From assembly GCA_977017645.1 (NCBI GenBank), contig OZ360227.1, positions 16,864,001 through 16,928,000 of the forward strand: a stretch of 64,000 nucleotides of DNA. Direction: 5' to 3'. This stretch comes from Torpedo marmorata (taxonomy: Eukaryota). A program made the translations under genes and the position numbers. The notes under the pieces were generated by a model. That model was not told where the DNA came from. It made no database searches and saw only the letters and a program-made list of their open reading frames with translations. Position 1 is the first letter of the stretch. The number at the start of each line of letters is the position of its first letter. Below, one piece after another: positions 37,241 to 50,431 of this stretch.

Positions 37241-38069
37241 AGGACAACTTTATATTTTGGTTTAAGAATGCAGCCTTCCAAACACAATATTGTACATGGT
37301 TATTTGCCTTTATGTGTACAGGTGCTGTTGTGTAGATTAAGTTAGGCAGTAGGCAGGTAAACTGGATTAGTGACGGTGTGGGTAGCAATGTGGAGTTCGG
37401 AGCATCCAGGTATGATTTATTTTATCATTCCTAACATAGTTATAATTTGTTATTGAAACTGAAGCCTGATCAGTATTTTAATTTATTGCAATTACCCAGT
37501 TTTTCCAGATAACAATCAAAGCATCTCACAAAATGGATTAAAAAAAACCTCATGCCTTCATAATGATAAAACAATCCTGGTCCTTTTCCCTCTCTTTGTA
37601 TTGCCAGTGTCCTTAAATCTGCATCCTTTGCTCATCCATCCTCCTGCAGGGGCAACAGGTTTTGCCGATCTACATTATGAAACTCCCTGGTAAGGGATCA
37701 AGTTTAATTTTGATTGAAAAGGATGGCTCTGACGGTTTGAAATGTCCGAAGCATTACGGGGAGGTTGAGATACTTAAAGCCTAATGCTACGTGATTTGGA
37801 AGCCCGGCAAAGTGGATGTTGTCTCTTTCATTCAGCTGAGGGGATCTTAACAGCTCCTGGAGTGTGTCTACATGTAATTGATGTAATCCTGTCACTACCA
37901 CTGCTGTCACCTCAAGAAATGAACTGATAGGTTTGTACCATGGCTTGAAAGACACACAATATCCTGACCAACCTGTTTACAGACACACAGTACGAGAATG
38001 TGTCCCTGACACATGTTGAGAGACTGCAGCTCCTTCTACTTTCTTCGCTGCTGGATTGTGCCAACTTCT

Positions 38070-38332
38070 AAATTAATTTTAAAATTTAATTGTGGAGACA
38101 CAGCACGGTTAAAGCTCCCTTCTGGCTCACGAGCCCATGCCGCCCAAATACACCTGTGTGACCAATCAACCGACTAACCCGTACGTCTTTGGAACGTGGG
38201 AGGAAACCGGAGCACCCGGAGGAAACACACACGGTCACAGGGAGAACGTACAAACTCCTCACAGTGCTGGATTTGAACCCGGTCGCTGGCGCTGTAATAG
38301 CGTTGTGCTAGCCGCTACGCTAACCATGCCAC
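38070..38332 (-). mobile_element. V-SINE (HE1-like)
   Basis: Full head, V-domain and tail on the minus strand. Confidence 0.8.
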
Positions 38333-38409
38333 ATTAATGTTGATGCCTCAAGTTTCTTATAACATGTAAGTATCTCGGAGTGCTTTATCGATTAAATTTG
38401 GACCTACTT

Positions 38410-38732
38410 TATGAGGGGTATAGATAAGGAAAATAATTATAGCCTTTGCCCAGGGTCGGGGAATCTAAAACGAGAAGATATGGATTTAAGGTGAGAGGGG
38501 AAAGATTTACGAGGGACCTGAGGGGCACCTACTTCACACAGAGGGTGGTGGGTAGATGGAATGAGATGTCAAAGGAAGTGGTAGAGGCAGGGACAATTAC
38601 AATGTTTAAAAGACATTTAGACAGGTACATGTAGAGGAAAGGTTTAGAGAGTTGTGAGCTGAAGGTAGGCAAATGGGATGAGTTTAGTCCCATTTAGAAG
38701 GGTCTGTTTCTGTGCTGCAGAACTCTATGACT
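38410..38732 (+). mobile_element. CR1 3' fragment
   Basis: FKVRGERF..DLRG.YFTQRVVGRWNE. Confidence 0.78.
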
Positions 38733-41700
38733 CAATATGCTGCTGAGTTTGGACCCAGGTGATGATCTGATCACAACCATGGCCTGAGTTTAATGGATGG
38801 TGGAGAAGGTTTGAGGGCTCGGGGATGGAGGCAATCCTAGCATGGACAGGGCTGGTGCAAGTGAAGCTTCCAGAGGTCGCGGAGTTTGGATGTTGTGTCT
38901 TTGTGCCCCACAACTGGTGACCATTGACCATGTCTTGGTCCGAGGCTCTGATGTACCCCATCTTCCTTTCTACCTCTCATCCCTTTTGAGATGCTGCTTA
39001 CAAATCTGACCAGTCTCACCTAGTTTGCTGTCGAATTTTGTCTGAGCTTTGGCATACTTTGTCCTGTTAACAGTTACTGCTAAGTTCCCCTTTCTTTGAT
39101 GGTGATCGACCAGTCTTCTTCAAGCTGCTGACATATTGAAAACTGGTCTCCATGGGACAATCTCATTGCAACGACAGTGAGAGGGGCAATGTAAGAGCAA
39201 GGGCTGGGCACAAGGCTTGCAGGTTCCATTCAAAAATCTTGGGGGAATGCTTGTACCCCATTCTCCTCCTTGCATCAACTTTAAACTGGTTATTTACCTT
39301 CCCCTTCCCACTTTACTCTCGAGAAAGGGTCCCGACCTGAAACATTGACAGCCACTTCTCACCATCGATGAACCCTCACCTGCTGTGGAGTGACCACTTT
39401 GCGAGCTGCTCCCAGCAGATCTCTTCCTCACTAGCTCTATGACTGCTTTACTCTTCGACCCTTCTGCTTTAACCCTGTTGAGATGACTGAAATGATTCTG
39501 CCTTTGCTCCGTACCCACTGATCTCTCTGTGCCTCCACACTTTTGTACTGTGTCTTACTTGTCCTATGAATAGTCAGCCCTGATTGCATTGAACAGTGGA
39601 ACAGGCCTGAAGGGCTGAATGGCCTTCTGCTTACGTTACCTATGCTTCAATGTCAACTATTCTGCTTGCCAAACAACCTCTATCACTTCTTATTTGATAC
39701 ATGTGACAACAGAATTGAACTTCAGTCCCTCCAGCTTCTCGTTGTTTGTGCAAGATTCCGGCATCTGCAGTTCTTGTGTTTTTCTTAAACTGGTTGTAGT
39801 TTGATACGTGGAATGAATTGGCTGCTTTTATTCCCCCCACAGGCGGCTGCTCCTGTAAATGTTGCTGTAGCCAGATGTTATGAGTAGGCAATTGACTAGA
39901 GGGCAAAGACATGTCAGGCAATGGGCACCAACTCTAATCTGGCAGGAGTCAATGGAAGACAATTAGGGGAGGAATGTTTAGCCCTCGGGATTGAATCCAA
40001 CAGTAATGTATACATCCCTTGAGGTCAGTTAGTTCAGATCGGGAATCTCAGCCAGGGTTTTCTTGATCTCAGTAGGTCAATGGTATGTGAAGGTTTTTGC
40101 GATGCATTTTTAATTTTAATATGATTGATTTTATGGCAAACCAGAATTTAAAATGCATTTCTGTGGAGTATGAGACTTTATCGTCATATATCATAAGTAC
40201 AATGTACAGGTGCACTGAAGTTCTCACTTGCTGCAGCCACACGGGTACCAACTACAAAAGTATAAATGACCACAATACGCCAAGAGTCAGAAAAAGGGAT
40301 AATAAATATCAAAGAATACATCAATAAATATTCACAGTTGGAGTGAGTGCAAGAAAATGTGACATTTCAGTTGTGCAGACAGATCTTTTGGTGCTCCCGG
40401 AGTGGTTTATGGTTAGGGTTAGGGTAGTCCAGGGAGGTTTGGACTTCAAGCTTCTGTACCTTCTGTCTGAAGGTAGCAGCGAGAAGGTAGTGTAACCAGG
40501 GGGTCTCTCAGGATATTGGCTCCCAAGAAGAACCCAGAACACAAACACCGACTGGAGGTATGCAAGACAAATCACATCCAGCATACAGTACAGAGGGAAT
40601 GCTACAGCACAGGACGTGCCTGAGGTGGGAGGGTGGTTGAGGTGTTTAACAGGTTCCCTATGCTCTCTGAGGTGGATGCAAAAGAGAAAATTGCATCTTC
40701 TTTATCCAAACAAGCAGCTTTCACAATCACCACTCAAAAAACACAGGATTATGTTATTACCACGCGTCTGTAGGTGTGACTTTGCTGGGCATGATTTGAC
40801 CAGGACAGCGAGCACATGGAAAGTAATTCATTATTTGTAAATGTATCATGACAGGCTCGGGTTGTTACAAGCGCTGTTCAAATGTAAGTCTTTATATCTG
40901 CGTTCTTGAGGAGAAAGGGCCCCACATTGTTCCGGCAGAAGTTAAATCCTGTGTGGGGTGTTGTGAAGCTTGGAGTTCAATTGCCCTGTTTTTTGTAACT
41001 TCATGCATGGTCAGGTCAGGGAGGAAAGGGTTAGATAAGAAACTCTTAATTTACAGGCAATCAGATTATTGTTGAGTCTGTCCTGCCCACTGAACAAAAG
41101 TCTCAGGAAAGATATTCTGCTCTCCCTTTGTGTATCCCAGTGGGACACGTTATAATAAGGATTCCGGGGGGATTCAATGCCAGATATCGCCATCCTTAGG
41201 GTAATCTGATTAACAATAAAATTGCCCAATGAGTTATAATTAGAACCCCGTGGATTTCATGGAAATTTTTGCTGAAATTCACAGACACATCATTCTTCAT
41301 ATTTAGTCGCAGAGCAGAGATATGAAGTAAACAATCGTACTTCCTTCAATATCTAATGAGAAGAGTAATTATTCTAAACATATATCATTACACTCTTCAC
41401 AAACAGTAAATACACAGCATCATCATCCACCAAATTGATAATTAACAATGACAATTCTTTCTTTATGCAGAATAAATCATGTTTCCTGTTTGTTTACTTC
41501 TTACAAAAAAAGTCATCTATTTTGTATTTTTTTTGATGGTACTGTATTATTTTTAAACTATTTTTTATGGTCGTGTGATAGTTACATAGATTTATATAGA
41601 ACTTACAGCACAGTTACAAGCCAATCTTTTGACAAAGGTTATACTTCAAGTGATCTATCTGTGAAGGGATGGATAGCTAATATAAATCTCACTGGTCAGA

Positions 41701-42549
41701 TTTACGGAGGAGCCCAAATAGAAAAGAATCACACTGCCAGCTTTGTAACCTGATCTGTGCTGAGTTGCTTGCTCTTATTGAAATGGGGAATGGCTTTTAC
41801 TTGGGTCTTTTGCAGCTCAGTGTTCAGATGGACTGTGGGGAACTCCACAGGAAGGGAGTTCCAGGACTGTGATGAAGGACAATGTCTTGCATTAAATTGA
41901 TGAAAATAAAAGCAAGGAGTCATAAAAACATTTTAAAATCTCAGTCCCTCAAACTGGTTTCAGACAAACTCAAGCACCGGAGAAGCCCGCAGGGAAGCCA
42001 TGCAAACTGCACACAGACAGTGCCCAAGGCCAAGATTGAACCCGGCATTGCAGCACAATGCTGCCCTGTGTCAAGTACTGAATCAAATGGCATCTGATGA
42101 ACAAGACCCTGAGTCACGAACCAAATCGCCTAATGTGTGGGGTTGTGTGGCAGGCGGGAGAAGTCCAGTGACCAGTGGTCACTCATTCAACCAACCCAGG
42201 GATCCACCCAGTGCAATAAATACTGAGCAAAGGGACAAGGGGCAAGAAAGCCAACCTCAGTGTTAACCATAGCCCAGGCAACAAACAAATCTTACTTTTG
42301 GACCGTGTTCTATTGCCCTCGGGCTGCAGGTGACTTGGAAGTGATGGTATTCCCTTCGCCCTGCTGCCTGTATTCATGTGGTGGTAGATAGATGCCATGG
42401 ATTTGCAGGCATTCGCCAAGAAGACCCCGTGAGCTGCAGCAGTATATTTGGCCCTGTTTTATCTCCAGAAATTCCCAGAAAATGAGTGGATCAGCTGCAT
42501 TGTCGATGAATTATTTATGGCACAACTGCAGTATCACAAATACTCAATC

Positions 42550-43070
42550 ATAGAACATAGAAAAGTACAGCAAAGTATAGCCCTTCAGCCCATAATGTTG
42601 TACTGACCTATATAAACCTATTCCACATCAATCTAACCCTTCCCAACCTCACAGCCCATAGCCCTCTCTTTCTGAAATTGATGTGCCTACGAGTCTTTTA
42701 AATGTCCCCATTGTACCAGCCTCCACCACCACACCCGGTAATGCATTCCAGGCACCCACCACTCTCTGTGTAAAAAACACCTCTGACATCTCCCCTAAAC
42801 TTTCCTCCACCTACCTTAAACAGATGTCATCTGGTATTGGCCATTGCCGCCCTGGGAAAAAGCTGCTGGTTGTCCACCCTATCTATGCCCATCATAATGT
42901 TCTAGATCTCCAATGTCGCCTCTCATCCTGTTGCTCCAAAAAGAAAAGTGCAAGCTTGCTCAACCTTTCTTCATAAGACATGTTCTCCAGTCCAGGCAGC
43001 ATCCTGGTAAATCTCTTCTGCACCCTCCAAAGTTTCCACTTCCTTCCTGTAATGAGGCGACCAGAACTCA
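42550..43070 (-). mobile_element. CR1 3' fragment
   Basis: Minus-strand RVQKRFTRMLPGLENMSYEERLSKL and tail. Confidence 0.78.
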
Positions 43071-44643
43071 GTCGAGTTTCCTTCTGGTGAGCCTGGAACA
43101 CGGAGACCAACAGTAATGCAGGCTCCCTCCTGTTCCCTCTGAAACCAGTCAGAGGAAGCCTGGGGACACCCTGGTTGGACCCGTTCAAAATATAGCATGT
43201 GGCCCCAATCAGGGTACAGTGACAGAGCTCCCAGGGAAGCAGACTAAACTCCGTGGCCCATTCAGGTTTCCTCTTCTTTATTTAGTTGTTTCTCTCATGC
43301 AACCCTCTTGGAAGGGAACATCGGAGGGAAGGCAATTTTGGATGGAACATTTTCACTGTCCAACCTCTTGGCCATTCTCAACCTTTGTTTGGCTGTGGCC
43401 CCCTTAGGACTCTGCTCAAAGTTCATGGGACCCCTTGCCTGTGAAGCAGTCAAGTTTAGTTGGTTTCTTCCGTACTTCTCTCCTACTGACTACCATTAAA
43501 TGTGTTGTGGCTCCCATTGAGAATGGCTGGTCTACAATCAATGAATTGCTCCTCCTGTGAAACAGATTGTACGCGCAGTTGTGTTTGGTTGGGGCAGTAA
43601 CGCTGCCAATAAGAATCACTCAGGGCTCGGGTTTCCACTTACCTGGACTCTTTCCCACTCACCAGCAGGCCCAGCAAACTGGGCAACGTGGGAGTGACTC
43701 CAGACCCCGTCCTGGGCGCAGGGCATTTGATTCAAGACTCCATGCAGGGAGTCACAGCGACACAGCTTCCTCGTAGGTCCAATCCCGACCTCGGGTGCAG
43801 TCTGTGTGGAGCTTGCACCTTCTACCAGTGACTGCGGGGGATTCCACCAGGGTGCTGCAGGTTCCCCCCCCACCACCCACATCCTGCTGGGTGAATTGGT
43901 TGCTGTAAATTGCCCCCTGGTGTGTGGGAGGGTGGTAGAACTGGGGAGAGTTTCTAAGAACATGATGGCAAGAAGAGATTATATCGGGCTGTTGGTGACT
44001 CAAGGCGAGGAACCCACGCAGGCTGAGGGCTGCTGGCGACTGGCTCGAGACTGGCTGAAGGGGTATCAGGTATCGGAGCCAAGATGCGAGAGGGTGCTGG
44101 AGGCTTCCTCATCGTGTCAGTGGTGTGCATCTGGAGCTCGGGTTGCTGATGGTTTGGACTGGAGGCCGGGTGGCTGCGGGAGCACTGGAGGCAAAGCCAT
44201 GGACATTCGGTGACTCTCAGGGGACTCTCTTTTACTTCTCTTTCTCTGGCTGTAAGGGGCGCTGAAAAAAAAATTTCTGCTGATAGCGAATCTTTGTCTT
44301 CCTTAAGGTAGACTAAAGGAAATTTAGTGAGATATCACATTTTCTGTTTTATTACATGACAATAAAATAATGAATCCTAATCATACGGAGGAAGTTCGAC
44401 CTGTGCTCCTTGTCCCTCAACAACTTCGACAGCTGCAGGATCAAAAGGACCCTCGCTGGATGTATCACAGTGCAGGATGGGAGCTGCTCTGCTCAAGATC
44501 GGAAGCTGCAGAAGTCCCCTCCACGGACTCCACCCACACCTCCCGCTGCCTAGGAAAGGCAATGTTGCAAAGGGCCCATCACACCCTGGACACACTCTCT
44601 TCTTCCTCCTCTCATCAGGAAGAGCGTGGGAGCACGCAAGCTC

Positions 44644-44890
44644 GGGCAGCACGTACGCTCAGTTAGCGCAACGCTATTACAGCGCCAGCGACCCAGGTTC
44701 GAATCCAGCCCTGTGTGTTAGGAGTTTGTACATTCTCCTCATGTCTGCGTGGGTTTTCCCTGGGTGCTCCGGTTTCCTCCCACCCTCCAAAAACTTATGG
44801 GGGTTGTAGGTTAATTTGCGTGTAATTGGGCAACATGGGTTCCCAATGGTTGGAATCGGCTTCTACCAGGCTGTAAATAAAAGTAAATTT
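44644..44890 (+). mobile_element. V-SINE (HE1-like) inserted in a REX1-like fragment (about 44400-44940)
   Basis: Head gggcagcacg...ggttcgaatcc and V-domain; flanks translate to HPGHTLFFLLSSGR and DSFFPAAIRFLN. Confidence 0.78.
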
Positions 44891-45044
44891 AAAAAAAAGA
44901 TAGTTTCTTCCCTGCAGCCATCAGGTTCCTGAATGAACACCACAACAGTGTCATTATGCTGCCCTTGCTTGGTGCTAATTGATCCCCCTTGTCATTGTCA
45001 TCCCACACTCTGTAAATTGTGCTTTTTACATGAATTAAAGTTTT

Positions 45045-45292
45045 AAATTAAATGTAGACATACAGCACGGTAACAGGCCCTTTAGGCCCATAAGCCCGTG
45101 CCGCCCAATTAGACTCAATTGACCTACAACCCCAGTACATTTTGAACGGTGGGAGGAAACCGGAGCACCCGGATGAAACCCACACAGACATGGGGAGAAT
45201 GTACAAACTCCTTACAGACAGCGCGGGATTCGAACCCCGGTCGCTGGCGCTGTAACAGCATTGCACTAACCGCTACGCTAACCATGCCACCC
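45045..45292 (-). mobile_element. V-SINE (HE1-like)
   Basis: Complete minus-strand copy. Confidence 0.82.
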
Positions 45293-45440
45293 CAATGTTA
45301 GAGATAACCTATCAGTCTGCTCACAGAAGAACCATTCTCACTGTACTCAGTATGTTGTGACAAATAAACTGTGGTTGTGGTCAAAGATGCAGAGGGCTAA
45401 AGAGCCTGTTTGGGTGCTGCATGACTCGATGGCCCTAAAG

Positions 45441-45816
45441 CAGTGGTTTTCAAACTTTTTCTTTCCACTCACATACCACCTTAAGTAATCCCTATGCCAT
45501 AGGTGCTCTGTGATTAGTAAGGGATTACTTAAGGTGGTATGTGAGTGGGGAAAAAAGGTTGTGAACCACTGCTCTAGACCCAATTGTCACAGAAATATTT
45601 TGCTTGAGAAAAATTGTCATTGGCCCATTTCCTTTGGAGTTATGAAACTGTGCACATAACGAGTCAATTATGTATGATTAAAACAGTGGTTTTCAAACTT
45701 TTTCTTTCCACTCACATACCACCTTAAGTAATCCCTTACTGATCACAAAGCACCTATGGCATAGGGATTACTTAAGGTGGTATGTGAGTGGGAAAAAAAA
45801 TGTTTGAAAACCACTG
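45441..45816. mobile_element. Composite non-autonomous hAT (Charlie-like) element: two palindromic MITEs plus spacer
   Basis: CAGTGGTT...AACCACTG termini; units 45441-45571 and 45684-45816; 8-bp TSD CCCTAAAG at 45433-45440 and 45817-45824. Confidence 0.85.
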
Positions 45817-45859
45817 CCCTAAAGGTAACAAGGGGTGTTCAAATCTACTTATTTTGTAT

Positions 45860-46392
45860 CAGGTGCCTAACCTTTTATCAGAAAACCTTGGGACTGGACA
45901 CTTTTCGGAATTCGGATTATAGAATTATAGAGGCCGACGTCTCCGCTGCTGCTGGGAGGCCGACGTCCCCGCTGCTGCCTACCCGGGAGGCTGACATCAC
46001 CAGCCCCATTGTGATTTGGAACGCCGAGTTAGTTGTTGACCTGCCAGGAGGCCAACGTCGGCACCGCTCCTGTGTTGTGATTTCGAACACATACGCAGAT
46101 TTCCGTTACTCTCTCTCCCTCCCCAGCGACGGCAATCTGTGCATGCGTTCCAAATCGGAGGCGCTGTACAAGGGGGGTGGGGGGTTGCAGTGGCGTCCGT
46201 ACCTGTAGGACGTCTTCGCTGCTGTCGGGAGGCCGACGTCCCACTAACTAACGACGCGGACCGACACAGGATTTTCAAGCGTGAGTTAAGTGTAGGTCGC
46301 GTCGGGTCATGTTTGGTGAGCACATAACATCCATGAAACAAAGTTCGGTTTTCGGAGGTTTCCGGAATTCCGGATAAAAGGTTAGGCACCTT
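45860..46392. mobile_element. Non-autonomous DNA transposon with about 19-bp TIRs (Tc1/mariner-pogo/Tigger-like MITE)
   Basis: aggtgcctaaccttttatc (45861-45879) and gataaaaggttaggcacct (46373-46391) are perfect inverted repeats; no transposase ORF. Superfamily assignment is tentative. Confidence 0.7.
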
Positions 46393-46733
46393 GAGTTACT
46401 TTCTGTGACATTACTGCATTGCATTTTCACTATGTCTTTGCAGCTTATCAGCTTTGCATCTTGACAGAACATACTTTAAAACTTCCCATGTGGGCGTTCC
46501 AGTCATTCCTTCCTGATGTCTTAAGCTTTAGACCACACTTTCCATTAGATAGAATGAGTTTTGGCTTCAGCATCTCCCAGAGTGCTTTGCACCTCAGGAA
46601 GTACATAGTGAACTGAAATATAGGAAATAAAACTGACAAATTGGGCACTGGAAGCTTACACAAACATCAACGAAAAGAAGATGGGAGTTGTTAAAATTTA
46701 TGCTTGAGTGAAAGCAATGTATCAAGAATTTTT

Positions 46734-46739
46734 TTTATT
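46734..46739 (-). terminator. Candidate AGAP1 polyadenylation signal
   Basis: AATAAA on minus at the end of about 3.4 kb of mostly non-repetitive, UTR-like sequence downstream of the AGAP1 stop. Confidence 0.45.
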
Positions 46740-47845
46740 GAAAAGAGACATTTTACAATTACACAGTTTAGTCTCCTTGCATTTCTTTACAGTCTTTGAC
46801 AGAGTACTGTACAGATGACCAACAAAATCATAATACATACTGGTATGGTCAATCATAACTCAGCCTAATAAACTCCACTGGCAAAGTACAGCGAACGTCA
46901 CACAGCTTTTATTATTACAAACATATAAATAAAGCATCTAGTCATCGCAAAACATGAACTGCCAAAGTGAGGTAATATTAAACAAAATCATTCATTCCGA
47001 TAGTGTCCATGTTGTACTTATTTACACGGAGAAATAACTGAGAGCTAATAGCTCATTACAGATACATTCCAGGTTAGTGTAACAGCAGATAAACTGATTC
47101 CAGGTACAGGAAACTCCGGCACAGTTTATAAAGCACGATTAAGGATACATTTATATTTAGGCTTGGCACTCTTCAGGGCTGGAATCTCTAAACAAACCAG
47201 AAACTCAGGGATTACAAAACAGCAATGCTGAGAATATACACCTCAGTACTCCAAAACCACAATTCAAATAAGGTGCTTGGATGATGTTAAAGTGTGAAAA
47301 TGATCCGATTACCAACAGCCACTGGAAAATATGTTACCTGTACATACTGTTTCCCTTTTGAGATGCTTTCTGGTAGAGTTGTCGATGGAGTGCTGGATTA
47401 ATGATTTGATCTGTGTGGTCGTGTCACATTTATGGATTGTCAGACCAAAAATCGGGGGTCAAGCTGTTTTGGAAGAAAGAAATGAGAGGGGTGGGGGGGG
47501 GGGTCGGGGAGTTGGACCAATGGCTTGTGGCTCATGGGGATGGGACAGCATGGATTTTGAACAACGAGCCTGGATTTGGAGGAGTGTTAAAGCAATAACT
47601 TGGGATTTAGAGTTGAGTGGGAGCAAGGACTTAAAACTCATCCAATGCTTTGGACTGGTGACACAGAACCTGCTTATCCCAGAATATTACAGCAAATGTC
47701 AGTCAGAGGAGAACTACCGGTAATTCCCTTGTTTGCTTTATTATACTCAGTAAACATAGGTCGTCAGCTTGGAACACAAAAGTGCAGATTGGCACTGATA
47801 AGTCGACACTGGGGCAGCAAAGCCCACACATGCTTTTGGTCAATT

Positions 47846-48047
47846 AAAGGTAAAGGTAAAGGTTCCATTATTGTCACGTAATACTACATTTAGAATGTAA
47901 CATACATGAAATTCTTTAATTTTTGTCTACCGTAAGGCAGACAGAGGGTCGCTATTTTGTCCAGCGCCCCTCACAGAAACCTACAGCACCTGGTGTTCCT
48001 TGGCGGTCTCCCCTCCAAGTACTGACCAGTCCTGTGCCTGCTTAGTT
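47846..48047 (-). mobile_element. 5S-rRNA-derived SINE (SINE3-type), 5'-truncated
   Basis: Minus strand ctaagcagg...tggtcagtacttggaggggagaccgcc..ggaacaccaggtgctgtaggttt matches the 3' ~70 nt of vertebrate 5S rRNA. It is followed by a LINE-like tail (gtgacaataa) and an (ACCTTT)n end. Confidence 0.8.
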
Positions 48048-50147
48048 TGTAAACTGTGTGAATTTTGTGTCCACAAGTGTGCGTGGTTGCATTTTGTTCC
48101 TGTGCCTTGGTAGTTTGCTCTCCAAGTAGCACGATGTGCACTTCAGGTCTATTTGAGTTCCATTAACTGCGATCCTCAAGATCAGGGGTGATGAACAATT
48201 GACTGCCACAAATCCGAGGAGTTTTCCATTCTCTTTCCTTGTGGTTAAAATCCACCAGCAATACTCTGTAACACAGTATGATTTGGAACCAACCAAACAT
48301 ACAAACCCCAAAATACACACACATCCCTGCACACACACACACACATACTCCCACACACATCCCTGAATGCACAGACACACCCCCCCCCCCCCCCACACTG
48401 CAATGGACTGCCAGCAGTCAGTGACCATGGAGCATATCTGGGAGATGGGGGGAGGGCAGGGGTGTTGGACTGGGGAACTATTCTCATGCGGAATTCATGA
48501 GTTTCACACAAAGATCTCACACTGCTGGCAAGGAACTGTGCACTGGAAACATGACGCCAGCTCACATATAGCAGTGAGCAGCAAGCCACAGTGTGTCAGG
48601 AAAGGTCTGAGAGTCACTTGCTGTTTTCTCCCATTAACGAATGAAGCCTAGATCTCTTGAACTTCTTCCGATTAAATGCAGCAATCCCATAGGCAGTGAG
48701 CGAATGTCATTAATTGGAACAATACATCCTATTTGGATGATGCTGGAATGTAAATATGACTGGAGTTTAAATTGTCCATCACTGGCCAAAATCACTCTCA
48801 CAGTTTGTTCCCCATTCATGGACCTTATCCCCAACTCCACCCCCCCCCCACCAAAAAGGCAGGTCACATCACCAATGGAGTGACTCGCAGGCAAGTGCGC
48901 CATTTTAGAGCAGATAGTGTAAGGAAATCCAATCTGAGTTTCAAGTAATTCCCTTCCCCTTCCTCTTCCAGAAAAAAACTGGCTAAAATCTGAATGGAAT
49001 GAACAATATTATGTACAACATATAAATACTATAGCATCAGAGTTTACATTATATTTACAAGCAGGGCAGAGAATCATTTTGGAAATACCTCACAAAACAA
49101 GGCAGTCAATCTATCCATTTTTGAAAAAGCTACCAATGACAGCTCAGGTCAGGAGGGCAGTGAGCTTGCAACTGAGAGAAGAGGCTAATGCTGATCAATT
49201 CCCTTTTATTTTCCCCAAACGAGCAGACAATACGATGCCTCCAGCCTTTTAATCACACAGGGTACAGCTCCGCATTGAGCACAGCACCTGGCTCCGGAGT
49301 TTTTTGCAACCAGCGATCTCCACTTACTAAACAGATTGCGTGGGAGGGAGGGGAGAGGCAGGACCCCATCACCTATCTTTCAACAGGAAGAGGAACTAAA
49401 AATTAAACAGACGTTAAATTATGACAGTGAATTTAGGAAGGAGGGCTCAGCAGACTACAAAGAACACGACTGCTGCTTCTGCGAACATTGCAATCACATC
49501 CGAGCAGTCATTGAACCGTGCCATGTAACTACCTCCTCAGCTAATATGCTTTCCTCTATGACGACTAATCATGTTCTATTAAGCAGTGGTAATGCTGGAA
49601 GAACTCAACTATACAAGTGTAATGAAGCCAGTATTCTCCGTGGACAGATTAGCCACAAATGATTTGACACATACCATCATAGGAGCTTCAAACCTGACAA
49701 ACTTTGTGCTCTCACCTGATTTATGCCAGTGAGGGCCCTTCCTAGAAGAGCTGAATCAACCTGTTTTGGTAGAGGTGAAATGTACTGGCAATTAATTGTC
49801 AATGTCTGAGCTTCCAATTCCTGCCCCGTTGACCCAGACGGGCTGCGAGCTTTCGAGGCAGCTCGTAGTTCCGCCGGCTATCCTTCCACTGGGCATCTCC
49901 TGATGCTGCAGTTCCATCGACTCTGCAGGGCCACGTGTGGTTTGTGTAGTGGACTTGTATCTCCTCTGCGCCCCGACCCCCCCCCCCCCTCCTTCAACCC
50001 CCACTTTTGTTGGTCCCTTCACCGTTTTTGCGTTCCCTTGAGAACTGAAGCCAGGGGTGGAATGGGGTTTCACAGATACAAGGCTGTACAGGGAGAGGTG
50101 CAGCGCGCTGTTCTCTAAAACGCTGAGCAAATCCGACGGGTTCTGGC

Positions 50148-50390
<243 letters not shown>

Positions 50391-50431
50391 TTAGCACGTA
50401 GACTGTAACATTCAGACCTGTCAGCAACTCT

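Noticed and set aside
44644-45292. tRNA genes
   Set aside because: The A/B-box sequences are SINE heads that continue into a V-domain and LINE tail; no complete cloverleaf.
47977-48047. Functional 5S rRNA gene
   Set aside because: It lacks the 5' ~48 nt, is diverged and is fused to a retroposon tail.
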